Made by a program: the position numbers and the translations under genes | Assembly (NCBI GenBank): GCA_016283175.1 | Contig: JAEEMK010000075.1 | Coordinates: 4,724-68,723 of the forward strand | Length of the DNA stretch: 64,000 bases | Direction of reading: 5' to 3' | Source: Bacteroidales bacterium | GTDB lineage: Bacteria > Bacteroidota > Bacteroidia > Bacteroidales > P3 | The notes under the pieces: model-generated | Seen by the model: the letters and a program-made list of their open reading frames with translations, nothing else | What the model was told of the DNA's origin: nothing | The model's database searches: none | Shown: positions 63,609 through 64,000 of the stretch, in pieces | Layout: each line of letters opens with the position of its first letter | Numbering within the stretch: position 1 is the first letter of the stretch

Positions 63609-64000
63609 ATGTTCAAATTTATCAAAAGATTGTTACTCATTGCGGCATTATGTATGCCTTGGGTAACGCAGGCACAGTCAGACAGCTGTACCTTCAAGAT
63701 CGTCGGTGAAGACGCTTACGCCGATGGTTGGAATGGTGGCTCGTTGGCTGTGATGCAAGGAACGACGACAGTGGCGACGTTCGACGCCGCCAACGCTGAC
63801 AACGATGGTGACGGTCCGGCCCTCGACTCGACCTTTGTCACTTTGGCGTCAGACGCTCCTGTCAGCTTTGTCTGGACCTCGGGTTCGTATGGCGACGAAG
63901 TCACCATCTGGATTTACAATGCCAGTGGAGTGCTTCTGTTTACGGTCAATGACCCGTCGGCAGGCACATTATTCTCAATGAGCAGCCCCTGCTCTAACTG
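63609..64000 (+). CDS. Secreted protein, N-terminal part (runs off the window; absent from ORF track)
   Basis: From ATG 63609 the frame is open to base 64000. Translation: MFKFIKRLLLIAALCMPWVTQAQS (signal peptide), then DSCTFKIVGEDAYADGWNGGSLAVMQG... The D-x-Y-x-DGWNG module is one I associate with large Bacteroidota surface proteins. Confidence 0.6.
   Translation, partial: MFKFIKRLLLIAALCMPWVTQAQSDSCTFKIVGEDAYADGWNGGSLAVMQGTTTVATFDAANADNDGDGPALDSTFVTLASDAPVSFVWTSGSYGDEVTIWIYNASGVLLFTVNDPSAGTLFSMSSPCSN

Noticed and set aside
1-64000. Search for mobile elements, prophage, defence islands, toxin-antitoxin pairs, rRNA, riboswitches upstream of ribE, purM and thyA, and biosynthetic gene clusters
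   Set aside because: - I could recognise no transposase, integrase, phage structural, restriction-modification, Cas or abortive-infection-like proteins.
- ribE has no leader, lying 3 nt after the preceding gene.
- The lone Sfp-type PPTase has no NRPS or PKS neighbour in the window.

Overview
This is a chromosomal, mostly housekeeping segment of a Bacteroidota genome that looks Bacteroidales/Prevotella-like. The evidence is many TAnnTTTG -7 promoter boxes just upstream of starts, a tmRNA tag of GENNYALAA, lipoprotein signal peptides, and two proteins with type IX secretion (T9SS) C-terminal sorting domains.

I can support about 55 protein genes:
- Translation and RNA: asnS, pheS, cysS, rpsT, rpsO, pnp, rnpA, yidD, greA, tsaC.
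- Metabolism: hutU (partial), thyA, folB, ribE, purM, and a four-gene 2-oxoacid:ferredoxin oxidoreductase operon.
- Envelope and secretion: secDF, a sialidase, S9, C25 and M49-like peptidases, and a POT transporter.
- RNA genes: three tRNAs (Asp-GUC, Glu-UUC, Gly-CCC) and tmRNA.

I see no IS element, integrase, prophage, CRISPR array, or recognisable defence or toxin-antitoxin genes.

The most interesting items are:
1. A tightly coupled operon at 33960..36540: a small OM beta-barrel, a PqqD-type peptide-recognition protein, an HPr-kinase-like P-loop protein, and a SipW-type Ser/His peptidase fused to VanZ. It looks like a RiPP-style recognition, phosphorylation and cleavage module, but no precursor or core maturase is visible.
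2. A three-gene cluster at 21296..30997: a TonB-dependent-receptor-like barrel, a 1594-aa T9SS-sorted protein and a PorV/PorQ-family barrel.
3. A dispersed palindromic element built from 11-nt TGTACAGTATW units, present in three copies.
4. Several odd intergenic repeat arrays: CTTTAAAC arrays inside the oxidoreductase operon, a dense CTAG/TCTAGA array, a T19 tract abutting tRNA-Gly, and a 33-bp tandem repeat.
5. A 44-codon gene missing from the ORF track that has its own promoter and terminator.

All protein calls rest on motifs read by eye and recalled family signatures. No homology search was possible. Many ORF-track starts are alternative-codon extensions, which I trimmed to the ATG lying downstream of the promoter box.
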